A stretch of DNA of 64,000 bases from Octopus sinensis (GCF_006345805.1 NC_043021.1:17112001-17176000), one strand, 5' to 3'. Counted from the first letter of the stretch, positions 25,351-38,667 are shown. Notes: a model not told the origin generated them from the letters alone. Numbers and translations: made by a program.

Positions 25351-26179
25351 AACCTATTATTATTACTACAAAGATTCCACCAAGGTAGACTTTGCCTTTC
25401 ATCTTTTTGGAGGTTGATAAAATATGTACCAGTGAAACACTGGGGTCAATGCAATCAACAAGTCCCGTCCCCCAAATTTCAAACCTTGTGCCTTTAGTTG
25501 AAAGGGTTATTACTACTACAAAGGCAGGGAGTTCACAGAATCATTAGCATGTTGGAAAAAATCTAGCCGATTTTTTGGGAATTTTGTTCTGGCTTTTTAC
25601 TGTCATCATCATTTAACATCAGTTTTCCATTCCGGCATGGGTTGGATGATTCAACTGGGGTCTGGAAAGCCAGGAGGCTGCACCAGACTCCAGTCTGATC
25701 TGGCAATGTTTCTACAGCTGGATGCCTTTCCTAACACCAACCACTCCGAGTGTAGTGGGTGCTTTTTACGAGCCACCAGCACAGGGGCCAGAGGAAGCTG
25801 GCATCAACCATGATCAGATGGTGGCTTTTACATGCCACCAGCATGGGAGCCAGTCAAGACGGTGCTGGCATCAGCCATGTTCGGATGGTGCCCTTTTACG
25901 TACCACCAGCACAGGGATTACAACTACAATTTCCATTTGATTTCGTTTTGATGTACGGCCAAGGTCAACTTTGCCTTTCATCCTTTTAGGGTCATTAAAA
26001 TAAGCATCAGTCAAATACAGATCAAATAACGAAAGCTCCTGAAATTGATGTAACCAAGAGCCGCCCCACCTCTAAATGAAAAGGCTTTTGAATGTGCCAA
26101 AATTTAAAACTTATGATTTATGTGAACAATTAATTCTAAGAAATTGACAAAAAAATGTCTGTTATTTACAATGGAGGAG

Positions 26180-26580
26180 AAGTGTCCTCACCTTGTTTGT
26201 TGTTATAACATTTTGGCTGATGTACTCTCCAGCCTTCATCAGGAGTCCTGGTGGAATTTCAAACCCGACCCTTTATTTGACTAATGGGGTGCACTGTTCT
26301 CATTCCTAAGGTATTTTTCAAGTCCCTGCCTGGGACTGAACTTATCCCAGGCAGGTACTCGAAAAATAATATCAAAAGAAAAATAGCATCAGCAACATAC
26401 CTTAGGAATGAGAACAGTGTACCCCATTAGTCAAATAAAGGGTCGGGTTCAAAATTCCACCAGAACACCTGATGAAGGCTGGAGAGTACATCAGACAAAA
26501 TGTTATGATAACAAGGATGAGGATACTTATCTGTCCACTGTAAATAATGTGCATAATTCCTTATCTCAAAAATATAGAAT
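26180..26580. mobile_element. Fold-back Penelope-like element with two decayed hammerhead motifs
   Basis: Arms 26180-26314 and 26397-26528 are inverted. Each has CTGATGAAGGCTGG...CAG(C/A)CAAAATGTT. Homologous to 60020-60139. Confidence 0.7.
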
Positions 26581-27283
26581 AAAAAAATGTTTGTTGGAAA
26601 AAGGTGCTGGTACCACAATTAGCCTAAAGCTACAATCCACCCCACTCCATGCAGCTGAATTGGAAATGTTTTGACCCTTTTGTTAACCTATTCCTGTTGA
26701 AATACACTGCTTTTATTACAATAAATTTTGAAAATACAGAAGAATTCAGTAAAATGACTCAATTTGTTAGTGTTTGGAACATAGAGTGAAATTTTGATGG
26801 AAGGTTTTAGATGACTATAAAACAGGAAATTTCTATCACAGAACCAGGAATGGTTCTCAAGTCTGCTGCTATCGAGTTCAACCTTTTTGTTAGCATATTT
26901 CTCTTGGAATATATTTAGTTTCTGTTGGTGCTGAAAATAATGAAGAATTCAGTAAATTAATTGTCATTATTAAGCTGGTGTTGGAACATAATTAGATCAC
27001 TTTCACAGAGCTGGGTGGTGGGAGTGGGGCAACCTCAGGTGAGATGGGACCAAAAGGATTTAAAATTATTTGGGGGTATGGTTTCATTTCATTTCTCTAT
27101 TTTGCATTTGGTGTCTCCAACTTGCCCCTCCCCACAAAAAAATTTCATGAACCCCATCACAGTGTAACACCTTGGGCAAGTGTCATCTACTATATAGCCC
27201 CAGGCCAACCAAAACAGTGAGTGTGTTTGGTAAACAGAAACTGATAATCAATTAGATTATCCTGCAAAATGAAATTTAAAAAA

Positions 27284-27513
27284 GGCGGCGAGCTGGCAGA
27301 AGCGTTAGCACGCTGGGCGAAATGCTTATCGGTATTTCGTCTGCTGTTACGTTCTGAGTTCAAATTCCACCGAGGTCGACTTTGCCTTTCATCCTTTCAG
27401 GGTCGATAAATCAAGTACCAGTTACGCACTAGGGTCGATGTAATCAACTTCATCCCTTTGTCTATCCTTGTTTGTCCCCTCTGTGTTTAGCCCCTTGTGG
27501 GCAATAAAGAAAT
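27284..27513 (+). mobile_element. SINE family B (Nin/Deu-domain-like centre)
   Basis: GGCGGCGAGCTGGCAG...GAGTTCAAATTCC...GCCTTTCATCCTTTCAGGGTCGATAAA..AGTACCAG...AATAAAGAAAT. Confidence 0.85.
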
Positions 27514-28251
27514 AAACTGAAAGAAGCCAGTTGTGTGTGGGTGTTAGTGTCTCCTCTTGACATTTGTGTAATTGATGTAAACGAGTGTCCCTGTCATATC
27601 AGCAACGTCCTTTGTTTCCAATCTTCTGTAAAAACGTGTCCAGTGGTAAGGAAAAATATTACTTTACTTGGAAATAAAGATTTAACAGAGTAGGAAGGGC
27701 CTCCAGCTACAAAAAAATCTACCTCAAGAGTTCCATGTAACCCATGCAAGAATGGGAAAATGGATATTAGATGATGCCCTAGATCAAACCATTAAGCATA
27801 CAAATAAAAAAAGTAGTGTCCTTATCTCGCATCAACAAACTATATCTTCCTCCACAGACATCCCTAACCAACACACAAACACAGCTGATCCCTTTCTCAC
27901 CTCTAAACCCTGACCACCTCATTCTGATTATTTAATGTCTACTTTCCCATGCTGGCATGGGTTGGACCATTCAAGAGAAATCAACAAGTCAAGAGGACTG
28001 CACTCAACTCCCATTGGTTTGGCAGGGTTTTTACAGCTGGATGCCCTTCCTAATGCCAATCACTTTACACAGTATACTGGGTGCTTTTTATATGGCACCA
28101 GCTTTAGTGAGGTCACCAGGTAACTCACAGGACCCCTTCAACCGAGGAGAGAATAGTACTGTAAGAAATGGCTTTAGGGTAGGTGTTGATAAGCTACAAA
28201 GTATGATAGATGAACAGGTGTCTTTCTTTAAGGAGATCGTCATTATCATTA

Positions 28252-28487
28252 TTTATTTCTTTATTGCCCACAGGGGGCTAAACGTAGAGGGGACAAACAA
28301 GGACAGACAAAGGGATTAAGTCAATTACATCAACCCCAGTGCGTAACTGGTACTTATTTAATCGACCCCGAAAGGATGAAAGGCAAAGTCAGCCTCGGTG
28401 GAATTTGAACTCAGAACGAAATACCAGCAGACAAAATACCGCTAAGTATTTCACCCGGCGTGCTAACAGTTCTGCCAGCTCGCCGTC
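28252..28487 (-). mobile_element. SINE family B
   Basis: Reverse match to 27284-27513. Confidence 0.85.
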
Positions 28488-29389
28488 TTATTATTAATTA
28501 TCATTATTTAACGTTCATTGTCCATGCTGGCAGGGGTTGGACAGTTTGACCAGGGCTGGTCAGCTGGAAGGCTGTACCGGACTCTAGTCTGATTTGGCAT
28601 GGTTTTTACAGCTGGGTGCCCTTCTTAATGCCAGCCACTCCAAGAGTGTATTGGGTGCTTTTATGTGCCACTAGCATGGGTATCCTTTGCGCCACACCTG
28701 TATCTGATACGACTACAATTCCACTTGATATAGCTATCAAACTGTTTGATCCTCGCCTGATTAAGATGACTCACCACAAATCTATACGAAATAAACCACC
28801 ACCACCACCACTTCCCAGACCCTGTGACACTTCAAGTTACCAAACAAGTCAAAACTCTGCCAATTCTTATGCTAACTAGGGAATATCCATGGTTTTCTTT
28901 TTGTTATTTTTGGCTCTCAACACAGCAAACTTCTTTCTTCAGCAATCCCAACCCTTACCAAACCAAAGACGGTGGCAGCAACCCAACATTTTATTTTAAT
29001 ACTTATAAAGGATTTATTCCACACTACAAACTTATTTCTCAAATGACTGCTAACTTTTTGAAGTAGGCTTCTTTTTCCGCCAAGTATGGCAGACACACAA
29101 CGATTATAATTTAACTTATATCAAATTTCTTGGTACTTATACAAAATCCTGAAATGAATACTAATTTTTAAAAAAAAAATTATGATAACCGGTTAGCATT
29201 TATACTGGTCATATCCTGCTAAAATAGTCAACCTGTTTTGTTTTTTTTTTTGTTCAAACTGGCCAGATTTGACCTCTCATACTTTATCCTACACTGTCAT
29301 TCTAAAACTAAACAATCACATCATTGGAATTTGCGTGTACATAATATCTATAGTGTATTGTGCTTTTAAAAAATGTGTGTGTGTGTATA

Positions 29390-29537
29390 GGCGCAGGAGT
29401 GGCTGTGTGGTAAGTAGCTTGCTTACCAACCATACGGTTCAGGGTTCAGTCCCACTGTGTGGCACCTTGGGCAAGTGTCTTCTACTATAGCCTTGTGAGT
29501 GGATTTGGTAGACGGAAACTGAAAGAAGACCATTGTA

Positions 29538-29590
<53 letters not shown>

Positions 29591-29811
29591 GTATGTGTGT
29601 GTTTGTCCCCACCCCACACACACACACACACAACATTGCCTGACAACCGATGCTGGTGTATTTACATCCCCGTAACTTAGCTGTTCAGCAAAAGAGACCA
29701 ATAGAATAAGTACTAGGCTTACAAAGAATAAGCCCTGGGGTCGATTTGCTCGACTAAAAGCAGTGCTCCAGCATGTCCACAGTCAAATGACTGAAACAAG
29801 TAAAAGAGAGT
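29390..29811 (+). mobile_element. SINE family A inserted in a TTAA MITE
   Basis: Match to family A. Confidence 0.88.
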
Positions 29812-29812
29812 G

Positions 29813-29856
<44 letters not shown>

Positions 29857-30318
29857 CGTGCATGTGTATGTAGATGTATAGTGTGTACATGCATACTGTG
29901 AATATATATCTATTTATATGCATATAAAAGTGTGTATGTGTATACATATTGTATGATTAATGCAAAACAATGTAAATGAACAAGCAATGATTTTGACAGA
30001 GTAATCTGAATGCTGAAGGGTTAGAATTAATTTAATTTAAACAACTTTCTCATTTGCATATTTGCAGTATGTTAATTTTCTCAATTTAACATAATTTATA
30101 CCTTTGGAAACTTATTTCTGCAAAATTTCATTTCAGCATTTTAACATTTAAACCGGTCAGATCCGGCCAAAATATTCTGCCGGTTTTATGTTAAAACTGA
30201 CCAGATCCAGCCTCTCACACCTACCCTACAATGTCATTCTAAAAATATGCAAACACACCATTGAAATCTTGAAGCTATGAAATAATGCATGATCAATTCA
30301 AAATAGTGTGAATAAATA

Positions 30319-30663
30319 GGCGCAGGAGTTGCTGTGTGGTAAGTAGCTTGCTTACCAACCACATGGTTCTGGGTTCAGTCCCACTGCGTGTCACCTTGGG
30401 CAAGTGTCTTCTACTATAGCCTCAGGCCGACCAAAGCCTTGTGAGTGGATTTGGTAGACGGAAACTGAAAGAAGCCAGTCGTATATATATGCATATATAT
30501 ATATCAGCTTCCTGATGATTTCTCTTGAATGAAACAGTTCTAGTCCTGTAGAAGCTCCTTCTATATAATAAATTTATTTTACTCTGCTATGTATTGAGTA
30601 CCTTATTTACTGTGGTTAACCCCGAATCAACCCGGGACCTACATATATATATATATATATATA

Positions 30664-30704
<41 letters not shown>

Positions 30705-30903
30705 TTGTGTGTCTGTGTTTGTCCCCCTAGCATTGCTTGACAACCGATGCTGGTGTGTTTACGTCCCCGTCACTTAGCGGTTCGGCAAAAGAGACCAATA
30801 GAATAAGTACTGGGCTTACAAAGAATAAGTCCCGGGGTTGAGTTGGTCGATTAAAGGTGGTGCTCCAGCATGGCCGCAGTCAAAATGACTGAAACAAGTA
30901 AAA
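30319..30903 (+). mobile_element. SINE family A with a ~140-bp insert in its (TA)n tract
   Basis: Family A halves flank 30505-30642. Confidence 0.88.
30506..30556 (+). ncRNA. Type I hammerhead ribozyme motif
   Basis: AGCTTC-CTGATGA-tTTC tctt GAAt-GAAA-CAG ttctagtc CTG-TA-GAAGCT. 6-bp stem I, canonical core, GUA cleavage triplet. The first stem II pair is U.U. Confidence 0.75.
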
Positions 30904-31384
30904 AAAAAAGAAGAAGAAGAAGAAGAAGAATTACATCTGACTGTAGTCTGAATGCTGAAGGGATAAAAATTTCTATGTCTCGGAAATTTATAAACTACTC
31001 AACCAGCATCTCAGAAGTTCCTCTCTTTTATCTTCTGTCCTTCTTCGCGATATATAAAGTGTAACTGGAGAAATTAACCAACTCAACAACATTTTTACCA
31101 GATGCTTTAAAATGGAGATTCTCAACTTTGGTCTTTCACAGATCTCCATCCACTACCTCATTCTCTGCTTCTTTCCAACAATTTACAAACCACAGCATTG
31201 CTGCTGTTTCCTCTTATGACCAATACCTGCCCAGTCGGACCTCATGTTTCAAGCACATCCTACTCTGATTTCAAACCTCACACAACTCTTTCACTTATTC
31301 ATATTTCAAACATTCCGTTTCTAGTATACACCACTCCAGAACTCCTTCTCATATTACCATTAAATCCACAAACAGGATTTTTAC

Positions 31385-31576
31385 CTCTTTACTCTTTTAC
31401 TTGTTTCAGTCATTTGATGCGGCCATGCTGGAGCACCGCCTTTAGTCGAGCAAATCGACCCCAGGACTTATTCTTTCTAAGCCCAGTACTTATTCTATCG
31501 GTCTCTTTTGCCGAACCGCTAAGTGACGGGGACATAAAACACCAGCATCGGTTGTCAAGCAATGCTAGGGGGCCAA

Positions 31577-31633
<57 letters not shown>

Positions 31634-31797
31634 TACGACAGGCTTCTTTCAGTTTCCGTCTACCAAATCCACTCACAAGGCATTGGTCGGCCCGGGGCTA
31701 TAGCAGAAGGCACTTGCCTAAGATGCCACACAGTGGGACAGAACCCGGAACCATGTGGTTGGTTAGCAAGCTACTTACCACACAGCCACTCCTGTGC
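31385..31797 (-). mobile_element. SINE family A
   Basis: Full-length match. Confidence 0.9.
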
Positions 31798-32891
31798 TTT
31801 TTTTTCTTTTTTAATGTCATGTCATACCATACCACAAAGTTGTGGATTGCAATGTTTTTGGTAACATGAGCTGATATCCTTTCTATCTCCAGTTCTTAAT
31901 ACCATTTAGAAATCAAAGTTTTGGCTTCCGTTGCATTACTCTTGCCATTCCTGTGAAAAGACATCCTGGTGTACAAGTTAGGTGTTGACTTTCATCCTGT
32001 TAACAATGTTGCATTGCTATTTTTTTGTAGATTAGCCACGATGTTCAAGGCTTGGAGCCTACACGATGGCAAAACATGCTTCAGCAAGGATTGGCATCTA
32101 CACACGACGACAATTAACTGTGCTTATTCCAATCCAGAATCTCAACATCAGTCAGAAACAGAAGTACATCCATCATACACCTACTTCAGAATAGAAAAAA
32201 AAAAAAAAAAAAAAAACCACATGCAATTGCTAAAAAGCATTCATGAAGTAAAATCATGTAGCAACACCAAATGGCGGTGCCCCAGCATGGCCACAGCTTG
32301 TGAGCTGAAACTAGATAAATAAAAAAAAATTAAAAAATAAACACAACTTGACTGGTTCCATGTCTCCAAGACAGCTTCCTGTGCTCACCCATCTCTGATG
32401 CTGACCATCTCCTACAAGTGACTTCCTGACTTTCACCATTTTTGTCATATCCGCTTCCAATTGAATGATTAATTCCTTGCACTGCAAAATCTCACCTGCC
32501 TTCGTGAAATATTCTTTTGTGAGATACACATTTTTCTTCATTTTTTTCTTTCTTCTAATCCACTACAGACCTTACTATGTGCTCTATACACCTTCTGTCT
32601 CCTCGTCCATTTACAGGTAGTTTCTACCTTAGCAACTCACTCACACTCCATTTCTTTCCAACAACACTAGCCTGGGTCACACACACAACAAATGTCCACA
32701 GACCCCACATCAAGGGGCACCGAGTTTTTGCTACTTTAAAACCTTTCAGCATTTAAATTACTGTCAAATGCAATGCTTATTTTTCTTTATCTACATAGTC
32801 TTGAACTAATTATGCATTATCTTGTAGCTTTGAGATTTCAATGATCTGATTGATTATCTTTAGACTGACATTGTAGGGTATATGTGAGATA

Positions 32892-33339
32892 GGCACAAGA
32901 GTGACTGTGTGGTAAGTAGCTTGCTTACCAACCACATGGTTCCGGGTTCAGTCCCACTGCGTGGCATCTTGGGCAAGTGTCTTCTGCTATAGCCTCGGGG
33001 CGACCAAAGCCTTGTGAGTGGACTTGGAAGACGGAAACTAAAAGAAGCCCGTCGTTTATATATATATATATTATATATATATATATATGTGTGTGTGTGT
33101 GGTGTGTGTGTGTGTGTGTGTGGTGTGTGGTGTGTGTATGTTTGTGTGTCTGTGTTTGTCCCCCTATCATTGCTTGACAACTGATGCTGGTGTGTTTATG
33201 TTCCCGTTACTTAGCGGTTCGGCAAAAGAGACCGATAGAATAAGTACTGGGCTTACAAAGAATAAGTCCCGGGGTCAATTTGCTCGACTAAAGGCGGTGC
33301 TCCAGCATGGCCGCAGTCAAATGACTGAAACAAGTAAAA
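32892..33339 (+). mobile_element. SINE family A
   Basis: Full-length match. Confidence 0.9.
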
Positions 33340-33445
33340 CAGTATATAACGGGAAGGTTTACGAAAATAAACAAAAGACGAAGGCAGGTGGAGTACAAAC
33401 AAACAAATGTATTAGTATGGCACTCAGGAATAGAAATAGAACAAG

Positions 33446-33483
33446 TCTTTTACGTTTCGAGCCTACGCTCTTCAACAGAAAGA
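33446..33483 (-). ncRNA. Minimal type I hammerhead-like motif (variant core CUGUUGA)
   Basis: tcttt-CTGTTGA-a-GAGC gtag GCTC-GAA-ACGT-A-aaaga. Same family as 10541. Confidence 0.5.
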
Positions 33484-33841
33484 TACACAGAAAAAAACAA
33501 GGAGAGAAGAAAATGCATGTAGGAGCTAACGATCTATCATGGCGTCCTGACTTCGGACAGTGGTCAGACGCGAGAGGGACAGTAGGGGAGATAACAGGGT
33601 CAAGTGAGATGCCTGATATGGCCAGAATGTTTGGACTGGATATGGCCTATTTAGTTAGATACTGAAGGGTTAAACTCCCACTCCGACCCAGCAATATTAA
33701 GGGCAGTTGAAGGCTTGCGGTAGCAGTACACTGCCCAATGTCAATCAGGCACGGCAGGGAACCAAGCTACTTTTCTAGGGACCCGCTATTATGTTTTTTT
33801 TAATCCTTGTCAGCACTATTTCATGCTCTTGAAATGACCTC

Positions 33842-34157
33842 GGTTACGACGAAGAGGGTTCCAGTTGATCCAATCAATGGAACAGCCTGCTTGTAACATT
33901 AACGTGCAAGTGGCTGAGTATTCCACAGACACATGTACCATTAATGTTAGTTCTCGGGGAGATTCAGTATGACACAGAGTGTGACAACGCTGGCCCTTTT
34001 GACTTACAGATACAACTCATTTTTGCCAGCCTATTGGACTGGAGCAATGTGAAAATAAAGCATCTTGCTCAAGGACACAGCATTCCACAGGGTATCATGA
34101 ACTCATGGCCTTATGATTTTGAACCACATACCCCTAACAACTAAGCCACGCGCCTTC
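33842..34157 (-). mobile_element. SINE family E, monomeric copy
   Basis: Homologous to the 142-1150 array. tRNA-like head at the right end (GAAGGCGCGTGGCTTAGTTGTTAGG on the minus strand). Confidence 0.8.
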
Positions 34158-34304
34158 ACAACTGACCATAAAAACCTCCAAAAAAACCAAAAAAAAAGTA
34201 TACCGCAAGCACCATACCTTGAAGTTTTCTACCAAGCTAGTTGTTAATGTTGGTTCCTGACTCAATTTGGTCCTGATTTCAATGGCCCTCTTGGCATCAT
34301 TTAA

Positions 34305-34526
34305 CCCTTCCGATACCAACCCGGCTGAGACCGCCGCTGGCTCTGAGTCCAAGTGTCTTGTTTACATAAGTTTGGAATTTAAAATCTTCCATCAAACCTT
34401 AGTCACAATTTATGTTCCTAACACCAGCTTAATGATAACTAAGTTATTTTACTAAATTCTTTGTTATATTTAAAATTAATTGAAAGAAACACAGAGCATC
34501 TCAAAATAAATACAGTAACAAAAGGG
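34305..34526. mobile_element. piggyBac-type MITE family 1
   Basis: TTAA|CCCTT...AAGGG|TTAA. Homologous to 5035. Confidence 0.85.
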
Positions 34527-34948
34527 TTAAGGCTACTATAGGGATAAGGCTAAGTAAGGTTCCTGCTCCCTGGCAGTTGGTACCTGCTCTTCTAACCTGA
34601 CCCAATAACACCCACCTGCTTTCTTTTCCAACTGGGGTACTCATGTATCTACTCTACAGCAGAACACCTCCATGTCTTTCTATATCTCTATTCCTTTATC
34701 AACTGGCATGAGGCCACCAACCCTGCTTGCTATTACATCCCCTCTCCAGCTGAAGGGGGTTTTTTTGTCTTGCAAGTTACTCAGTGACTCTGTTGGTGCT
34801 GGTGCCATGTAAAAAGCACCCAGTATACTCTGGAGAGTGATTGTCATTAGGAAGGGCACCCAGCAGTAGAAAACTTGCCAAAACAGACAAAAGAACTTGG
34901 TACAGCCCCACTGGCCTTATCAGCTCTCATCAAAGTGTCCAACCCATA

Positions 34949-35353
34949 CTCTTTACTCTTATACTTGTTTCAGTCATTTGACTGCGGCCATGCGGGGGCA
35001 CCACCTTTAGTCGAGCAAATCGACTTCGAGACTTATTCTTTTGTAAGCCCAGTACTTATTCTATCGGTCTCTTTTGCCAAACCGCTAAGTAACGGGGACA
35101 TAAACACACCAGCATTGGTTGTCAAGCAAAGCTAGGGGGACAAACACAGACACACAAACATACATGCACATACATATATATACATATATACGACGGGCTT
35201 CTTTCAGTTTCCGGCTACCAAATCCACTCACAAGGCTTTGGTCGGCCCGAGGTTATAGTAGAAGACACTTGCCCAAGGTGCCATGCAGTGGGACTGAACC
35301 CGGAACCATGTGGTTGGTAAACAAGCTACTTACCACACAGCCACTCCTGCGCC
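34949..35353 (-). mobile_element. SINE family A
   Basis: Full-length match. Confidence 0.9.
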
Positions 35354-36260
35354 AGCATGGAAAACGGACTTAACTGATGATGATGGTGCTGAGAGGTAAC
35401 TGGATACAATTTGTAATGAGAAGAGATGGTTGAGCCGGGTGGGCCTGAACAGAGGTGGCCATGTCCACCCAGTTTGAAAAGTACCATAGTAGTAGTGCAA
35501 GGTGTAGAAGGAGGAGACATCTGAAGGTGGGGAGATGTAGGGGATATTTTTTCCCCCAGTGAATAACTGGACATGGTGGATGATGTGATACTCATTGCAG
35601 TAGTGTGTTCTATGAGGTGGTCATGGCTGGAATGCTTTTTATCACAATCAGAGACTAAACAACAAACAACAGTTATGAACCAATAGGAGATAGTAGTGCA
35701 ACTGTTCAAAATGCTAGAAACAGCAGTCAAATTGTCATCAAACCACACAACACTACAAAAAGTAGAAGGACACATTTAAACTTGTGGTCAATGAAATAGA
35801 AACAGACAGGATGGCCATGACCCTAACACCTAACCTGTCTCTTCAGGACCCAGCTGAAACTAAACAACAACTAAAGGAACCTCTACACAGTCAGTAGACC
35901 TGCTAGAAATAGCCGCTAATGCCCAGTCAAAACATGTCTCTCACTGCTTTCAAAATACAAGCATACAATTAAGAATGTAATTCCTGATATACAAAAACAT
36001 GGCTGGTCACGGCCAGAATGCTTTTCCCCCCAGATCTGCACAATCAAAGCTGACCTGCAACTAAACAGCAACTTGTTTCCAACCAACAAAGATATTTTAC
36101 ATCAGTGATATGATTCTTAATACCTGTCTTTTACGTCTCCAGTGTAAGGTGTTTCACCATTTACCTGCTTCACATTAAACTACATATATAAGTGCAACCT
36201 ACTGTCAAACGCTATCTTTAAGGTACCATGTTAGCACTTGTGATTATAATTTTTCTTTGC

Positions 36261-36633
36261 CTTTTTACTTGTTTCAGTCATTTGACTGCGGCCATGCTGG
36301 AACACCGTCTTTGGTCGAGCAAATTGACTCCAGGATTTATTCTTTGTAAGCCTAGTACTTATTCTATTGGTCTCTTTTGCCGAACGGCTAAGTTACGGGG
36401 ATGTAAACACACCAGCATCGGTTGTCAATCGATGTTGGGGGGACAAACACAGACACACAAACATACATATATATATATACACACACACACTCACACATAC
36501 GACGGGGCTTCTTTCAGTTTCCGACTACCAAATCCACTCACAATGTTTTGGTCGGCCCGAGGTTATAGAAGACACTTGCCCAAGGTGTCATGCAGTGGGA
36601 CTGAACCTGGAACTATGTGGTTAGTAAGCAAGC
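36261..36633 (-). mobile_element. SINE family A (5' truncated)
   Basis: Match to family A. Confidence 0.85.
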
Positions 36634-37053
36634 TAAAAGACGCGTGACCAAGTGTTTAGGGTGTTGTACTTACGATCGTGGTTTCGATTCCCAGACCGAT
36701 GGGACACATTTAAACTTGTGGTCAATGAAATAGAAACAGACAGGATGGCCATGACACTTCATTTCACTCAGATGTAACCAGGTAACCTTGCTACTTGTGT
36801 GTGTGGTGTGTGTGTGTGTGTGTTCAGCCAATTACATTGACACCAGACATACATTAAGCCTCGTACTTATTTTATTGATCGTTTTTGCTGGACCACTAAG
36901 CTACTGGGATGTAAACAAACCAACACTAGTTGTTAAGAAGCTCACTTTGTACTTTGCAACCACATATGGTTTCAGGTTCAGTGCCTTCTACTATAACCTC
37001 AAGCCTATGAATGGACATGAGCGAATTTGGTAATCAGAAACTGTGTGGAAGCC

Positions 37054-37091
<38 letters not shown>

Positions 37092-38667
37092 GACATCATG
37101 CGATGGTTGTAAACAAGCGCCGTGTATATATTTACTTCTCGTCTTCCGTGAGAAACATGTCAGGGGCCACGGAGAAATATGACCTTGCTTGGTAAACAAG
37201 CGATGGCTAGCAAGAAGAGAAAGGGCATCCAGGCGTTGAACATCTACCTCGACGAATTCTATCTAAGCAATGGCAAGAATTGGGTCTCTCAGTGGCCACT
37301 GAAAATGGTAAACGGTGTGTGCATTAGTGCGTGGGTGCACGTGTGAGTGCGTGTATACGCACGTGTGCATACATGTATGTTTTCAATTATCGCCCTTACT
37401 TACAAGCAAAAACCGAAGAGAACCGATTTTGTCGCATTTGGCACAAACAAGCACCACAAATTGCGATGGACAGTGGTGGGGGGCGGGTGGAGCGGTGTAG
37501 AGGAGAGGAAATTCAAATCCACCGCAATGTTTTAGTCTCTCACTTCCTCTCCCCCACACCACCACTATCATCCACAGTGACACCGGAAGAATTAAAGGCC
37601 AAAGTTGATCTCGGCGGAATTTGAACTCACAATCTAAAGATCTGAAATTAAATACCATCTGCCATTTATTTTATTCTTTCTACCAATTATTTTTTTTTTA
37701 AAAGTTACCGCCCACCAACCAACGATAGGGGGAAGACAAACCAATCGCCCGATCTCCTAGAAATAGCAGCCAAATCTTAAAATCACACGCTGTTTTTTAA
37801 AGAGCATTTCGGATAAGGTAGTGCAGAGTTGTGGGCATATATGGGGGGGGGGAAAACCCCGATAGGATTGTCACGGCTATAGTGCTGTTGACTGGTCATA
37901 TTGCCTGTTCGATCAAGGCTGACCCAAGATGAAGCCACAAGAATCACCAACCTGGGTTAAAGACCACGGATTTTGTGGGGGAGGAAACGTGATTTAAATC
38001 CGATATCAATACTTAATCGGAGTTTTTATCGCATCGACGGCCAGTCACCACACCACCCTAGAAGGATGAAAAGCAAATCCGACCTGACCTCGGTGGGATT
38101 ACTGCAAACAGATAACATTAATCGATATAAAGTAGTTAAACAAAACAAACAAAAAGACTAAATCTCTACGTGACCCATCGAGAAAGTCTCTACGTGGTGG
38201 TGGTTAATCTGGTAGAAATAACAGCTAAACCTCTTTCGTATCAGCAAGGAGAGGGCGTACACGTTGACTTATTAAAGTCCTAAAGTAAACAACCACGTCT
38301 GATGATCTGAAAATAAGATGAGACAATTTAAGGATTAAAGTACATCTGACCGAAGGATTTGCTCGATCAAGACTGACCAGCTGATCTACAACAACAAAAT
38401 TAAAATTTACACGAACGACCGACCACTTAGAGAGAGAGGCCTATGTGACAGCGCGATGTGCTAAAAATAACAGCCAAACCTCTTGACTCGTAGTCATATA
38501 GTCTTTAAGCAAAATTCAAAATTAAAAACAGTTAGTAGTCATTAAATAATGTAGTCCGGGGAAGATTATTCATGGCGGGTGCATAGAGAAAAGCTGTGAT
38601 GGGCATCGCTAGAAAGCCTTCAGTTATTACACATAGGACTTAAGTGTTGTAAGTGGGACTAAACAGC

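Noticed and set aside
31198-31869. 223-aa ORF and the many RRASFSFRLPNPLTR ORFs
   Set aside because: They are antisense translations of SINE family A.
31030-32720. ORF 32311-32541 and neighbouring purine-skewed sequence as exons
   Set aside because: It more likely represents a very decayed LINE. No coherent acceptor/donor set or family could be established.
35326-35775. 149-aa minus-strand ORF
   Set aside because: It crosses repeat boundaries, and another frame faintly resembles a LINE C-terminus. It is not supportable as a gene.
38294-38325. CTGATGA-tct-GAAA as a hammerhead
   Set aside because: There is no room for stem II and no stem I or III pairing.
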